DNA of 64,000 nucleotides from Ignavibacteria bacterium (GTDB lineage Bacteria > Bacteroidota > Ignavibacteria > Kapaibacteriales > UBA2268): positions 24,455-88,454 of the forward strand of contig JAOAEE010000036.1 of the NCBI GenBank assembly GCA_026416955.1, read 5' to 3'. The notes under the pieces are model-generated. The model made no database searches, was not told where the DNA came from, and saw nothing but the letters and a program-made list of their open reading frames with translations. Below, in pieces: positions 46,601 to 54,762 of the stretch (the first letter of the stretch is position 1; every line of letters begins with the position of its first letter). Position numbers and translations under genes: made by a program.

Positions 46601-48259
46601 ATTACACTTCCAGGTAGGTCTACACCCTTGCGTTTTGGAATGTATTGGCGTAGAATGACTTTGAAAGATTTAACTACAAATACTTTGCTTTTCAATTCAC
46701 TAACTTTACTCGAAGAAAGCCCCGGAATGCTTAGATATTCCGGCTCCCCAACAGAAAATGCTGCCTCGTACATCTTTAGCGATACTGCAATTGTCGATAC
46801 AATAACAGGGAAACGAAATGAATTTGGTCTACCTTTCAACAATGGTGTAATTACACGCTCTGGGAAAATTACAACTGGGGACTTTACAATTCCAGGATAC
46901 TATTACAGTTGGGGCTTTATGACGAACTACCCAAGTCCGGGTCCTGCATTTGGTGTTCTAGGATTCAGTTTCGACTATACAATACAACAGTACGGTGGAA
47001 TTCTTCGACCAGATTCATCTTCAATTCGTATGGAACCCGACAAGACACCAATCAATATTATAACAGACCCATCGAAAATCTTTACAACACAACAAGTCGA
47101 CTTTATGACGCTCCGACAAGAATTCCTCGGTTACACAGCCGATAGGCAACCTGTTTACCAGGGTTACGGACAACCGATTTATGGTAGTTTCAATAATGGT
47201 CCCGGAGATTTCGAAGTTACATTTATGCCTGGTGGAGAAGAGACAATGGAATTGGTATGGGGTCCCGCTGGCGATAGAAAGAGAAAAACATTTAAAGTTA
47301 AATACCTTACATTAAAAGTTCGTAATCTTCTGACTTACAAGCGTCCTTCTGAAAATGGTAAAGACTCTGTTGTAGTCTCTTATCCTCTTGAACTAGAACA
47401 TATGGTGATTGACACCATCCCCGGAGTAAATCAATATCCGGTTCCGACCAATTTGCGTTCGAGAAATAATGAGTTTATAAATAAGTTCAATCTAAGTGCC
47501 TATGGTTGGGTTAACGGAAGAAGAAATAATTCTGCAATCAAGATGCGCGAGCAGCAAGCCAACCCAGCTTGGAATACTGGATTAAGTTCGTTCAGCACTT
47601 ATATTGGCACACAAGGGCGATATTACTTGTCCGCTGTTAGCGAAGATGGCAAGGATACTGTTGATTTCACCCACGTGTTAATAATTGGAGGCTGCCAGTT
47701 TGCTTTGGATTATGCAAACAAAGGTAGAAGATTTGGAAATGCTGAATGGGAATATATTCCTACCAATCAATACCAATATGGGCAAGACTTCAAAGAAGGC
47801 GACAAAATCGTTTTGAAAATCCGTGGTGGTGCATTTGGATTACCTTTGCCTGGTGCGAAAGTTCGATTTAAAATTTCCGACTTCAAACCTGAGAACGAAA
47901 ACTATACCGACGAAATGCTCGAAAAGTTCAAGGTTGTTCCAAATCCATACTATATTTCACACCAAGGGCAAAAAACGCCCTACGATGCAAAGATTTACTT
48001 TACAAAGCTTCCACCGCGATGCACAATCGAGATTTATACACTTGCAGGAGATTTAGTGCGAACGATTGAGCACAACGAAACAAGTGCAGATGGTCCAGAC
48101 AAAAACTCTGTCGAAATTTGGGACTTGCTTTCGAAGAACGGTTTAAGAGTTACTAGCCAAACATTCGTTGCGGTTTTGAAGACCCCAAATGGAGCACAAG
48201 CAGTTCAAAAATTCTCTGTCGTTGTTGGTGGATTTAGGTTAATTCAAAGTCAACAATAA
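43604..48259 (+). CDS. Giant secreted protein of unknown function (1551 aa) with a divergent T9SS/FlgD-Ig-like C-terminal domain
   Basis: ATG at 43604 gives the signal peptide MKRMKLGLFTLVALIACTTLVFS. FN3-like FRAPSPPERANF...WDSTAE...FLGYKLYRA. C-terminus VVPNPYY...IEIYTLAGDLVRTI...IWDLLSKNG. Confidence 0.8.
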   Translation: MKRMKLGLFTLVALIACTTLVFSLPKDYEKSKKSGDEPQRTYTQLFDLQQNSVSNIQFYTTNYGIFGLNVAQNRGGGYWPRGSNNQYIFGGGLWVGAIKPRPDGKPKKYVEVTYNPNNGRSWMVPGRITDGDSKDVSDIKKYRTYFSTDFRKGDGTPLNADHGPSWPIWDTSPNDTLKYNRYYGYYVDDVNQRNTTAFPKGPAFISGEDIFCTYKDTDVNEFDGGAGLRKSQGYPLRLQFEQMIYSWGFGDYKDFIFIKYDVINFSKDTLREVWLGSVMDIDIARAPNLVNGARNDRARFYEEDTTLNLGVQWTNTDQGEKGFGFGYLGFDFLESPAVVKSERSVVTYELQGADTLFRIVEYMCYDKKFFKIEIRDSVGNVIGYKDSVACLKEEVVKRWTSLHRKTDTGIVVINNIEYDITGFIRKDRRVFETSEQLGLKTFRNWHIDDDKNDDDERYNFMSSGIRDGDFGPGDRRLMMATGPFNMAPGDTARLVVALICAQTAVREDADGSTEDLAEMIRKDKFAQQVYDDNFRAPSPPERANFVTWTPLHNGFILKWDSTAEISKDFYEKGMDFLGYKLYRARRTDLDTFDIDNISPSLQYPSGKGPFGWKQIAQWELPTPFYKSVYRAGGSNLTTMPFIDSLRIVGPYLENRGGQIVIDSFAIRVLRVGRGIKLNPTNRWVIQNITQSSGNIFPVICGVDTAYFSKPWGPFWQSKINMAARELPIYYDPFNAINPRRHYLLDSVMLGVVKLNRLFLTYNPLLWRKETINVNPSDTATLPERTGPNLDTIYLKKTYRRAVVNGTSVLLIDRMVPMNIQMVLRDSLHIQQALDSIYKYIQQGLAKVEFPNFEQSDEALNKVVVPYMDSITNHRTFIDLGDDNKDMIVSYNDNPTKTEKIINNVDYYYRLLSYDEGDYIQQTPQKLNDASPGLPNMLNVFARSAPVGKPIEFKVTYVDTARIGGLYNFKLFAVDYDRAVQLFAGHELELEFNPYWELEQITLPGRSTPLRFGMYWRRMTLKDLTTNTLLFNSLTLLEESPGMLRYSGSPTENAASYIFSDTAIVDTITGKRNEFGLPFNNGVITRSGKITTGDFTIPGYYYSWGFMTNYPSPGPAFGVLGFSFDYTIQQYGGILRPDSSSIRMEPDKTPINIITDPSKIFTTQQVDFMTLRQEFLGYTADRQPVYQGYGQPIYGSFNNGPGDFEVTFMPGGEETMELVWGPAGDRKRKTFKVKYLTLKVRNLLTYKRPSENGKDSVVVSYPLELEHMVIDTIPGVNQYPVPTNLRSRNNEFINKFNLSAYGWVNGRRNNSAIKMREQQANPAWNTGLSSFSTYIGTQGRYYLSAVSEDGKDTVDFTHVLIIGGCQFALDYANKGRRFGNAEWEYIPTNQYQYGQDFKEGDKIVLKIRGGAFGLPLPGAKVRFKISDFKPENENYTDEMLEKFKVVPNPYYISHQGQKTPYDAKIYFTKLPPRCTIEIYTLAGDLVRTIEHNETSADGPDKNSVEIWDLLSKNGLRVTSQTFVAVLKTPNGAQAVQKFSVVVGGFRLIQSQQ

Positions 48260-48265
48260 ATTTTT

Positions 48266-48288
48266 GGTTCCCCCAATTTGGGGGAACC
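48266..48288 (+). other. Strong intercistronic hairpin between the giant gene and the PorV-like gene
   Basis: GGTTCCCCCA-att-TGGGGGAACC gives a 10-bp stem. Only TTT follows it, so it is not a canonical terminator. Confidence 0.5.
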
Positions 48289-48320
48289 TTTAACTATGTT
48301 GAAAAAAATGGAGTGAGAAA

Positions 48321-49358
48321 ATGAAAAAGATAATTTTGACAGTGGTTTTAATTGGTTTATTCGGGTACTTTGAAGTTTTTTCCATTGGGGGAGCAATTTC
48401 AGGTTCAACCACTGGCGAAACCTTTGTGAAGGTTGGTGCCGCTGGTTCACAATTTTTGAAAATCCCTATTGGTGCCCGAGCAAATGGGCTTGCTGGTGCT
48501 TATTCTTCTTTGTGTAGCGATTTAACCTCGATTTTTTGGAATCCAGCAGGTTTGGCAGATGTCAAATATATTTCTGCCGATTTTTCTTATACTCAATGGT
48601 TTGCTGGTTTCAAACATAGTTTTGGTGCTTTTGCTTTGCCAATTGGGCGTAATTTTACTTCTGCTATTTCTTTGGTAGCGTTAAATAGCGGGAATATCGA
48701 AATAACTACGCTCGAAAAGCCCAATGGAACAGGATTGAGCTATCAAGTTAACGATGTTGCAATCGCTTTCACTTTTTCGGGGTATTTGACAGACCAGTTT
48801 TCATTCGGTATCACTGCCAAGTATGTTAACAATATGATTTCTAACCTTTCGAGTAGTGGTATTGCCTTTGATGTTGGAACTATGTACGAGACTGGAATTC
48901 GTGGCATTCGGCTTGGATTTTCCATTCATAATCTTGGTGTGAAGCAAGCGTACAGTGGACAAGATTTAAATTCCTCGAGGAAATTGTACGAGGCATTGAA
49001 TGCTGCTCCATTGGATATTGCTTATATTGCCAGTAGCTATTCCCTACCGTTGATTTTCCGTGCGGGAATTTCTACAGAAGTCTGGAAAGCCGAAGACCAC
49101 CGAGTTGTTGCAGCTGCTGATTTTATTACTCTTTCCGATACCCCGGAACATTATGCACTAGGCGCTGAATATACTTTCAAGGATTTCTTATCGCTACGGG
49201 CTGGATATCAGTTTGGAACTGATATTTTCGGGCTTTCTGGCGGTGTTGGTTTGAAGTATTTCGCTGGTGGTTTCGAAGGTGAATTCGACTATTCATTGAC
49301 CCCAACTAAGAATATTGGTTTAGTGAATCGTTTGAGTATTAAAGTTGCTGTTAAGTAG
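48321..49358 (+). CDS. PorV/PorQ-family outer-membrane beta-barrel protein
   Basis: Signal peptide. AGSQFLKIPIGARANGLAGAYSSLCSDLTSIFWNPAGLA is the family N-terminal signature. GGAGTGAG SD. Confidence 0.75.
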   Translation: MKKIILTVVLIGLFGYFEVFSIGGAISGSTTGETFVKVGAAGSQFLKIPIGARANGLAGAYSSLCSDLTSIFWNPAGLADVKYISADFSYTQWFAGFKHSFGAFALPIGRNFTSAISLVALNSGNIEITTLEKPNGTGLSYQVNDVAIAFTFSGYLTDQFSFGITAKYVNNMISNLSSSGIAFDVGTMYETGIRGIRLGFSIHNLGVKQAYSGQDLNSSRKLYEALNAAPLDIAYIASSYSLPLIFRAGISTEVWKAEDHRVVAAADFITLSDTPEHYALGAEYTFKDFLSLRAGYQFGTDIFGLSGGVGLKYFAGGFEGEFDYSLTPTKNIGLVNRLSIKVAVK

Positions 49359-49418
49359 CTTAAATTTCTTTCTTTTTTTGGATGTGTTTTTTTGAGTAAG
49401 CAATTTTTTTTTCGATTT

Positions 49419-49449
49419 AGCAAGGGGTTGAACCCCTTGCTCTTTTTTT
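49419..49449 (+). terminator. Rho-independent terminator after the PorV-like gene
   Basis: AGCAAGGGG-ttgaa-CCCCTTGCT forms a 9-bp GC-rich stem followed by CTTTTTTT. Confidence 0.75.
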
Positions 49450-50959
49450 GGTACAAATTTTGTATTTTTCTTTTGTTTTTGTGACACTTTATATGGGAAT
49501 TTCTTATTTAGTAAATTTCAAACCATTATTTAAACTCGTTGGTTTTGTTGGTATTTTTTGGGTGATTTTTCTTTACGAATCCTATCCATATACAATACCG
49601 ATTTTTGTCGACTATTGTATTTTCAATCGAAACGAAAAGGAAAATGTCGTAGAAATTTACTATGGATTTTTGGATAATCAGTTATCTTACCATAAGCAAG
49701 GGAAAAAATTTGTTGCTGAATTATCTATGGAAATAAAATTTTTTGCCAATGACACTCTTTACGATTCATACAATTGGACAGTTTACTATGAAAAAGACAA
49801 AATTGATACCACCAACGAATTACAGAACTTATTGGTTGGTCAGAAAAATTTTGTAATCGATAAAAATTCCAAGATTAAGTTCCAACTTGATTGTTTTGAT
49901 ATTCGGGATTCATCAAATTATTATCGTAGGACATTCGAAGTTGAAAATCTCTTGTTCCCTCCGAATGAATGTTCGATAAGTGACATTCAATTTGCACAAT
50001 TTTTCGAGCACAGCGATACTACCAATTTTTTTTGGCAAAAAGAGTTTCTTAAAGGAAAATTTTATGTTATTCCAAATCCTACCCTTGAGGTTGTTGGAAC
50101 GAACCCTCGCCTTTATTCTTACTTTGAGTATTATTTAGGCTCTAATATTTCTATTAAACAAGTTAGAATTGAATATAGAATTTTCAACAATCTGAAAGAA
50201 GAAGTTTTATTTACTTTTAAGAATGCTAAAGTTGCTGGTAAATCCCAATTCGATATTAATGGTTTTGCGCTTGATGCTTTAAGTTCGGGGGTGTATTTCT
50301 TTGAGGTAACTTTATTGGATGCTAATGGCAAGTTTCTTACTCGCTCGAAGAAAAAGAAATTCTATTTATTGAATCCCGAGCTACCCCCAGAGCCTGTGCG
50401 TCGGTATACCGAACCAGAATTGTTCGAAAAAAGCATTTTTGCTACGTTGTCCGACAAAGAAGCCGATTTGGAGTTCGAAAAAGCTAAGTATATTGCTTCG
50501 GACTACGAGAAGGAATTGTTTAAAAGTTTAACAACAACAGAAGCAAAGCGCCGTTTCCTTTTTCAATTTTGGAGGCGTAGGAACCCCGATACTACTTTGA
50601 TATATAACCAAGCATACGAAAATTTTGTTCAGAAAGTAAATTATGCAAATAAATTCTTTTCGGTGGGCAATCAAGTAGAGGGGTGGAAAACCGATAGAGG
50701 AAGAGTATTAATTCAATATGGTGAACCAACTTCCCGAGAGTTCTACCCACGAGAACCAAATAAGCGTAGCTATGAAATTTGGTTCTATAGTGAATTGCAA
50801 GGTGGGGCGTTCTTTTATTTTGTCGACCTGGTTGGCAATGGTAATTTCATTCTTGTACACTCGACTGCAATGAATGAGATTTATAATGAAAATTGGTATA
50901 CCGATTTCGTAACTGGAACGAATTCCGAACGAATTCAAAAAATGTTTCTGAACAGATGA
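49448..50959 (+). CDS. GWxTD domain-containing protein. Start uncertain.
   Basis: Motif GWKTDRGRVLIQYGEP near the C-terminus. The TTG at 49448 lies in the terminator U-tract. The GTG at 49481 or ATG at 49493 are alternatives. Confidence 0.75.
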   Translation: MVQILYFSFVFVTLYMGISYLVNFKPLFKLVGFVGIFWVIFLYESYPYTIPIFVDYCIFNRNEKENVVEIYYGFLDNQLSYHKQGKKFVAELSMEIKFFANDTLYDSYNWTVYYEKDKIDTTNELQNLLVGQKNFVIDKNSKIKFQLDCFDIRDSSNYYRRTFEVENLLFPPNECSISDIQFAQFFEHSDTTNFFWQKEFLKGKFYVIPNPTLEVVGTNPRLYSYFEYYLGSNISIKQVRIEYRIFNNLKEEVLFTFKNAKVAGKSQFDINGFALDALSSGVYFFEVTLLDANGKFLTRSKKKKFYLLNPELPPEPVRRYTEPELFEKSIFATLSDKEADLEFEKAKYIASDYEKELFKSLTTTEAKRRFLFQFWRRRNPDTTLIYNQAYENFVQKVNYANKFFSVGNQVEGWKTDRGRVLIQYGEPTSREFYPREPNKRSYEIWFYSELQGGAFFYFVDLVGNGNFILVHSTAMNEIYNENWYTDFVTGTNSERIQKMFLNR

Positions 50960-51846
50960 AGCGTTTAAGGTTTTATCTTGAAACTTGTTTTGTTTACTTA
51001 ATAGGATGGTTTTCAAGTCTCTTTTCTCCTTCGAAAAGACTTACTTTTGGTAAAATCTTGGGTAGAATCTTATATTTTTTGCTTCCGCAAAGGGTCAAAA
51101 TTGCTCGCCAGAACTTGCTTTTTGCATATCCTACAAAAGACCCAAAATGGGTAAATGATATTACGAAAAAAGTTTTCGAGAATTTAGGTATTGTCTTTGC
51201 TGAATTTCTTGCACTTCCTTGGTTCGACGAGAATGTAATAAAAGATTATATACGATTCGAAAATGTCGAATTAATAAGGGAAAAATACAACGAAGGCAAA
51301 GGTGTACTTCTTCTTTCTGGTCATTACGGAAATTGGGAATTGCTTGCTTATTCAGTGAAAGTTTATCTGGGGCTGTCAGTATTAATCATAGTCAAACCCC
51401 TTTCGAATTATATTTTAGACAGAGTAATTAACCAATTTCGTACTCAAGGTGGTAACCAAGTTGTTTCGATGTACGAGTCTGCATTGAAAGTTGTAAGGAC
51501 ATTGAAAGAGAAAGGTATTGTGGCTTTGCTTGCAGACCAAAGTGCAACAAAAGATAAAGACATATATGTAAATTTTTTCGGGCGGAAAGCAGCAACTTTC
51601 GATTCGCCTGCTCATTTTGCACTAAAGTATAAAGTACCAGTTATCATTGGTTTTGCCAAAAGAGAAAGTTATTATTACAAAGTTAGATTAGAAGAAATAG
51701 ACCATTCCGATTTAAATTTCGATAAAGAAGGAATTTATGAATTGACAAGAAGATACATTGAAAAACTCGAAAATGTAATTAACGAAAAACCAGAACTTTG
51801 GCTTTGGACACACCGCCGTTGGAAACACAATCAAGAAAATTCTTAG
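50956..51846 (+). CDS. Lipid A biosynthesis (Kdo2-lipid IVA) acyltransferase, LpxL/HtrB family
   Basis: LLLSGHYGNWELLA (H-x4-E/D acyltransferase motif). Family-typical C-terminus PELWLWTHRRWK. ATGA start/stop overlap with the GWxTD gene. Confidence 0.85.
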   Translation: MKRLRFYLETCFVYLIGWFSSLFSPSKRLTFGKILGRILYFLLPQRVKIARQNLLFAYPTKDPKWVNDITKKVFENLGIVFAEFLALPWFDENVIKDYIRFENVELIREKYNEGKGVLLLSGHYGNWELLAYSVKVYLGLSVLIIVKPLSNYILDRVINQFRTQGGNQVVSMYESALKVVRTLKEKGIVALLADQSATKDKDIYVNFFGRKAATFDSPAHFALKYKVPVIIGFAKRESYYYKVRLEEIDHSDLNFDKEGIYELTRRYIEKLENVINEKPELWLWTHRRWKHNQENS

Positions 51847-51934
51847 CAAATGGTTCCCTCGCCTAAAATCCTTTTAGTTTTTTCAAATAATTAAAGAGTT
51901 AATTTATTATATTGTAATAATTTTGGAGAAAAAA

Positions 51935-53404
51935 ATGAGAAAATTTTTTCTTATTGTTGTATCTTTTCTTGCTATTTGCACTCTTGGTTATAGTACAGAA
52001 TGGAGATATCTTGAATTCCCTGTTCGAATTTCGAGCAACCTTGCAGTTTGTGGCAATCGGGTGTTTGTTACCGCATTCGATACTACAATTCTTGGATTTT
52101 GGGTTGAAAGAAGTGGTAAAAAAGATACTTTTGAATTCCGAGCATTAACAAAATCGGATTTTTATCGTAAGTTAGTTAATTTCGATTCTACCTACGACCA
52201 ACGATTACGATTGTTCCAAGGATTTCTTGGCGGGACACTTGAATGTACTTCAAATGGTGATTTGTGGCTTGTTGGTTTGTGTGCATTCAAAAACTATCTT
52301 GGGCAAGATTCTTTCCTTTATAAGTTGTATGTTTTTTCAAAGGATAATTTTTTTGGAGTAACCCCAATTTTGTTAACTCCAAATTTAGATACTATTTCAC
52401 CATTGAGAAGTACTAGAATTCTTGGTAGTGGGGGAACAAGTCTTCCCTGGTTGTTCGAAACTAAGCAAGAGGGCGAAAGGACAATGTTTCTTCTTGCATA
52501 TGGAATAGAGACTGCCGATGGATTTGCCTTTGTTGTAAAGGATACTATCTCGTTTCTTAGTTCGCTCCGAGTGTATTTCAATGGGGCAGATGTAGATGGT
52601 TATGGAAATTTGTCCTTTATTACCAACGATTTGCTGAAAACTATTAGCACGAAAAAGACAATTCGTGAATTAAGGATAGACCAAATGTTTCCACAATCAG
52701 GGCTTCTTTGTGGTTTGAAAATTGATAAGAGAAGTGGGAATATCTATATTTTCGATAGGGCTTTCAATCTTATTAAGTTCGATGGTACTTCTTGGACTTT
52801 TCGCAAAATCCCTACTGTCGATACATTTTCTTTGGATGCAAGAAAAACAGCTCTTGTTGCAATCGATAGTTTGGGCAATCTTTGGGTAACAATGAACACA
52901 GGTTTTAAAAATATTTATAAAATTTCTAAAACTGGTGAAGTCGCATCGATACCTTTGCCGAAGAATTTGACTGGTACACTTGGTAGCGTTTTTCAAATTG
53001 ATAAGGATGGGATATTATACTTTGTTGGCAATAAATTAGAAGTTGATAGCACTATTAAAGCAGTTTTGTACTATCTCGATACAAAAGAATTTCCTAATTC
53101 TGTGGAAAAATGGGACAATTTGAATGGAACCCCCGAAATCGTTTTCAACTTGGTAAGCAACATCCTTTATATCGATTTTTACTCAGAAAATCCTAGTTCG
53201 AATTCTATGGTTGTAGATATTTATAATTTACTTGGGGAAAAAGTAGGAAGTTCTCCTATCAACATAACTTTAATTAGTAACGAGAATAATCGATTTCGTT
53301 ACCGAACTGCTTTGGATATTTCTAATCTTTTTAATGGTGTATATCTTGTATCGATTTGGGATGGTTCTGCTTACAAAATACAAAAATTTATAATTAACAA
53401 ATAA
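51935..53404 (+). CDS. Secreted hypothetical protein (beta-propeller-like repeats) with a T9SS C-terminal sorting domain
   Basis: ATG at 51935 after GGAG. Signal peptide. CTD ILYIDFYSENP...VVDIYNLLGEKV...GVYLVSIWDGSAYKIQKFIINK. Confidence 0.7.
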   Translation: MRKFFLIVVSFLAICTLGYSTEWRYLEFPVRISSNLAVCGNRVFVTAFDTTILGFWVERSGKKDTFEFRALTKSDFYRKLVNFDSTYDQRLRLFQGFLGGTLECTSNGDLWLVGLCAFKNYLGQDSFLYKLYVFSKDNFFGVTPILLTPNLDTISPLRSTRILGSGGTSLPWLFETKQEGERTMFLLAYGIETADGFAFVVKDTISFLSSLRVYFNGADVDGYGNLSFITNDLLKTISTKKTIRELRIDQMFPQSGLLCGLKIDKRSGNIYIFDRAFNLIKFDGTSWTFRKIPTVDTFSLDARKTALVAIDSLGNLWVTMNTGFKNIYKISKTGEVASIPLPKNLTGTLGSVFQIDKDGILYFVGNKLEVDSTIKAVLYYLDTKEFPNSVEKWDNLNGTPEIVFNLVSNILYIDFYSENPSSNSMVVDIYNLLGEKVGSSPINITLISNENNRFRYRTALDISNLFNGVYLVSIWDGSAYKIQKFIINK

Positions 53405-53490
53405 TTTATTATATTCTTTTAAGAAATTTGCAAAAAACTTTGATTATTTGCAAAAATTCTTAATTTTGTCTTTTTTTATTATGATGTCTA

Positions 53491-54747
53491 ATGAGAGAGA
53501 ATGCACTTGAAAGGTTCCTTCGTTATGTTAGGATCAACACACAATCAAACGAATCAAATTCCGAGCAAACTCCAAGTTCACAAGGTCAATTTGAACTTGC
53601 AAGGATTCTTGTCGACGAGCTAAAAGAATTAGGAATTAACGATGCAGAAGTTGATGAACATTCCTATGTGATGGCTACAATTCCTTCGAACGTTCCCCAA
53701 TCGCATCCTTCGTTTGGTAAAGTTCCAAATATTGCTTTTCTAGCCCATTTAGATACTTCTCCCGAGGTATCGGGCGAAAATGTCAATCCGCAAGTTATTG
53801 AAAATTATGATGGGAAAGATATTGTTCTTCCTGGTAATCCAGAAGTAGTAATTAGAGTTGAGGAGAACCCCAATCTAAAGAAATGTATTGGCCATACAAT
53901 CGTTACCACAGATGGCACCACGTTGCTTGGAGCCGATAACAAGGCTGGTATTGCTGCGATAATGACTATGGCAGAAACTCTGGTTAGTAACCCCCAGATT
54001 TTGCACGGGAACATTAGGATATGCTTTACACCCGACGAGGAAATTGGTAATGGCACAAAGTATTTAAATCTTGAAAAACTCGACGCCAAATATGCCTATA
54101 CAGTAGATGGTGATTTGCCCGGCGAGTTGAATAAAGAAACATTTAGTGCCGACCAAGCCACAATAACAATAGTCGGACGCGACATTCATCCCGGAACAGC
54201 AAAGGGAATAATGATTAATTCCATTCGCATAGCAGCCGAAATAATTTCTCGGTTACCTAAAAATATGGCACCCGAAACCACAGAAGGATACGAACCTTAT
54301 ATTCATCCCTATACAATTGAAGGTGGAGTAGGGAAAACTACATTAAAATTGCTACTTCGAGACTTTAGAACACCCGGATTGGAAGAGCAAAAACAGATTT
54401 TGCAAAAAATAATCGAAGAGGTTTTACAGTTGTTTCCAAAAAGTGAAATTAAACTGGAAACAAAGTATCAGTATAGAAATATGCTCGATAGTTTGGAGAA
54501 GTGTCCCGAAGTTTTGGATAATCTATGGGAGGCTGCTATTCGTAGTGGGGTTGAACCATATTGGAAACCAATTCGTGGTGGTACCGACGGTTCTCGATTG
54601 ACTGAAATGGGCATTCCTACTCCGAATATATACACAGGTGGAAACAATTTTCATAGCCGAACTGAATGGCTTTCTGCCGACTTTTTGAATAAAACCGTTG
54701 AAACACTTGTAAACTTAGTTCAAATTTGGGTAGAAAAAGCAAAATAA
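53491..54747 (+). CDS. pepT: Peptidase T (tripeptide aminopeptidase, M20B)
   Basis: ERFLRYVRINTQS, GADNKAGIAAIM, FTPDEEIG. Confidence 0.93.
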   Translation: MRENALERFLRYVRINTQSNESNSEQTPSSQGQFELARILVDELKELGINDAEVDEHSYVMATIPSNVPQSHPSFGKVPNIAFLAHLDTSPEVSGENVNPQVIENYDGKDIVLPGNPEVVIRVEENPNLKKCIGHTIVTTDGTTLLGADNKAGIAAIMTMAETLVSNPQILHGNIRICFTPDEEIGNGTKYLNLEKLDAKYAYTVDGDLPGELNKETFSADQATITIVGRDIHPGTAKGIMINSIRIAAEIISRLPKNMAPETTEGYEPYIHPYTIEGGVGKTTLKLLLRDFRTPGLEEQKQILQKIIEEVLQLFPKSEIKLETKYQYRNMLDSLEKCPEVLDNLWEAAIRSGVEPYWKPIRGGTDGSRLTEMGIPTPNIYTGGNNFHSRTEWLSADFLNKTVETLVNLVQIWVEKAK

Positions 54748-54762
54748 ATTTTGGGGGTTTTA

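Noticed and set aside
53427-53454. Two copies of the 8-bp palindrome TTTGCAAA, 20 bp apart, upstream of pepT as a possible operator
   Set aside because: The same 8-mer occurs repeatedly elsewhere, including inside coding regions (near 2977, 3567, 4546, 13185 and 21687). It appears to be a compositionally favoured word in this AT-rich DNA. That is not enough to call a binding site.
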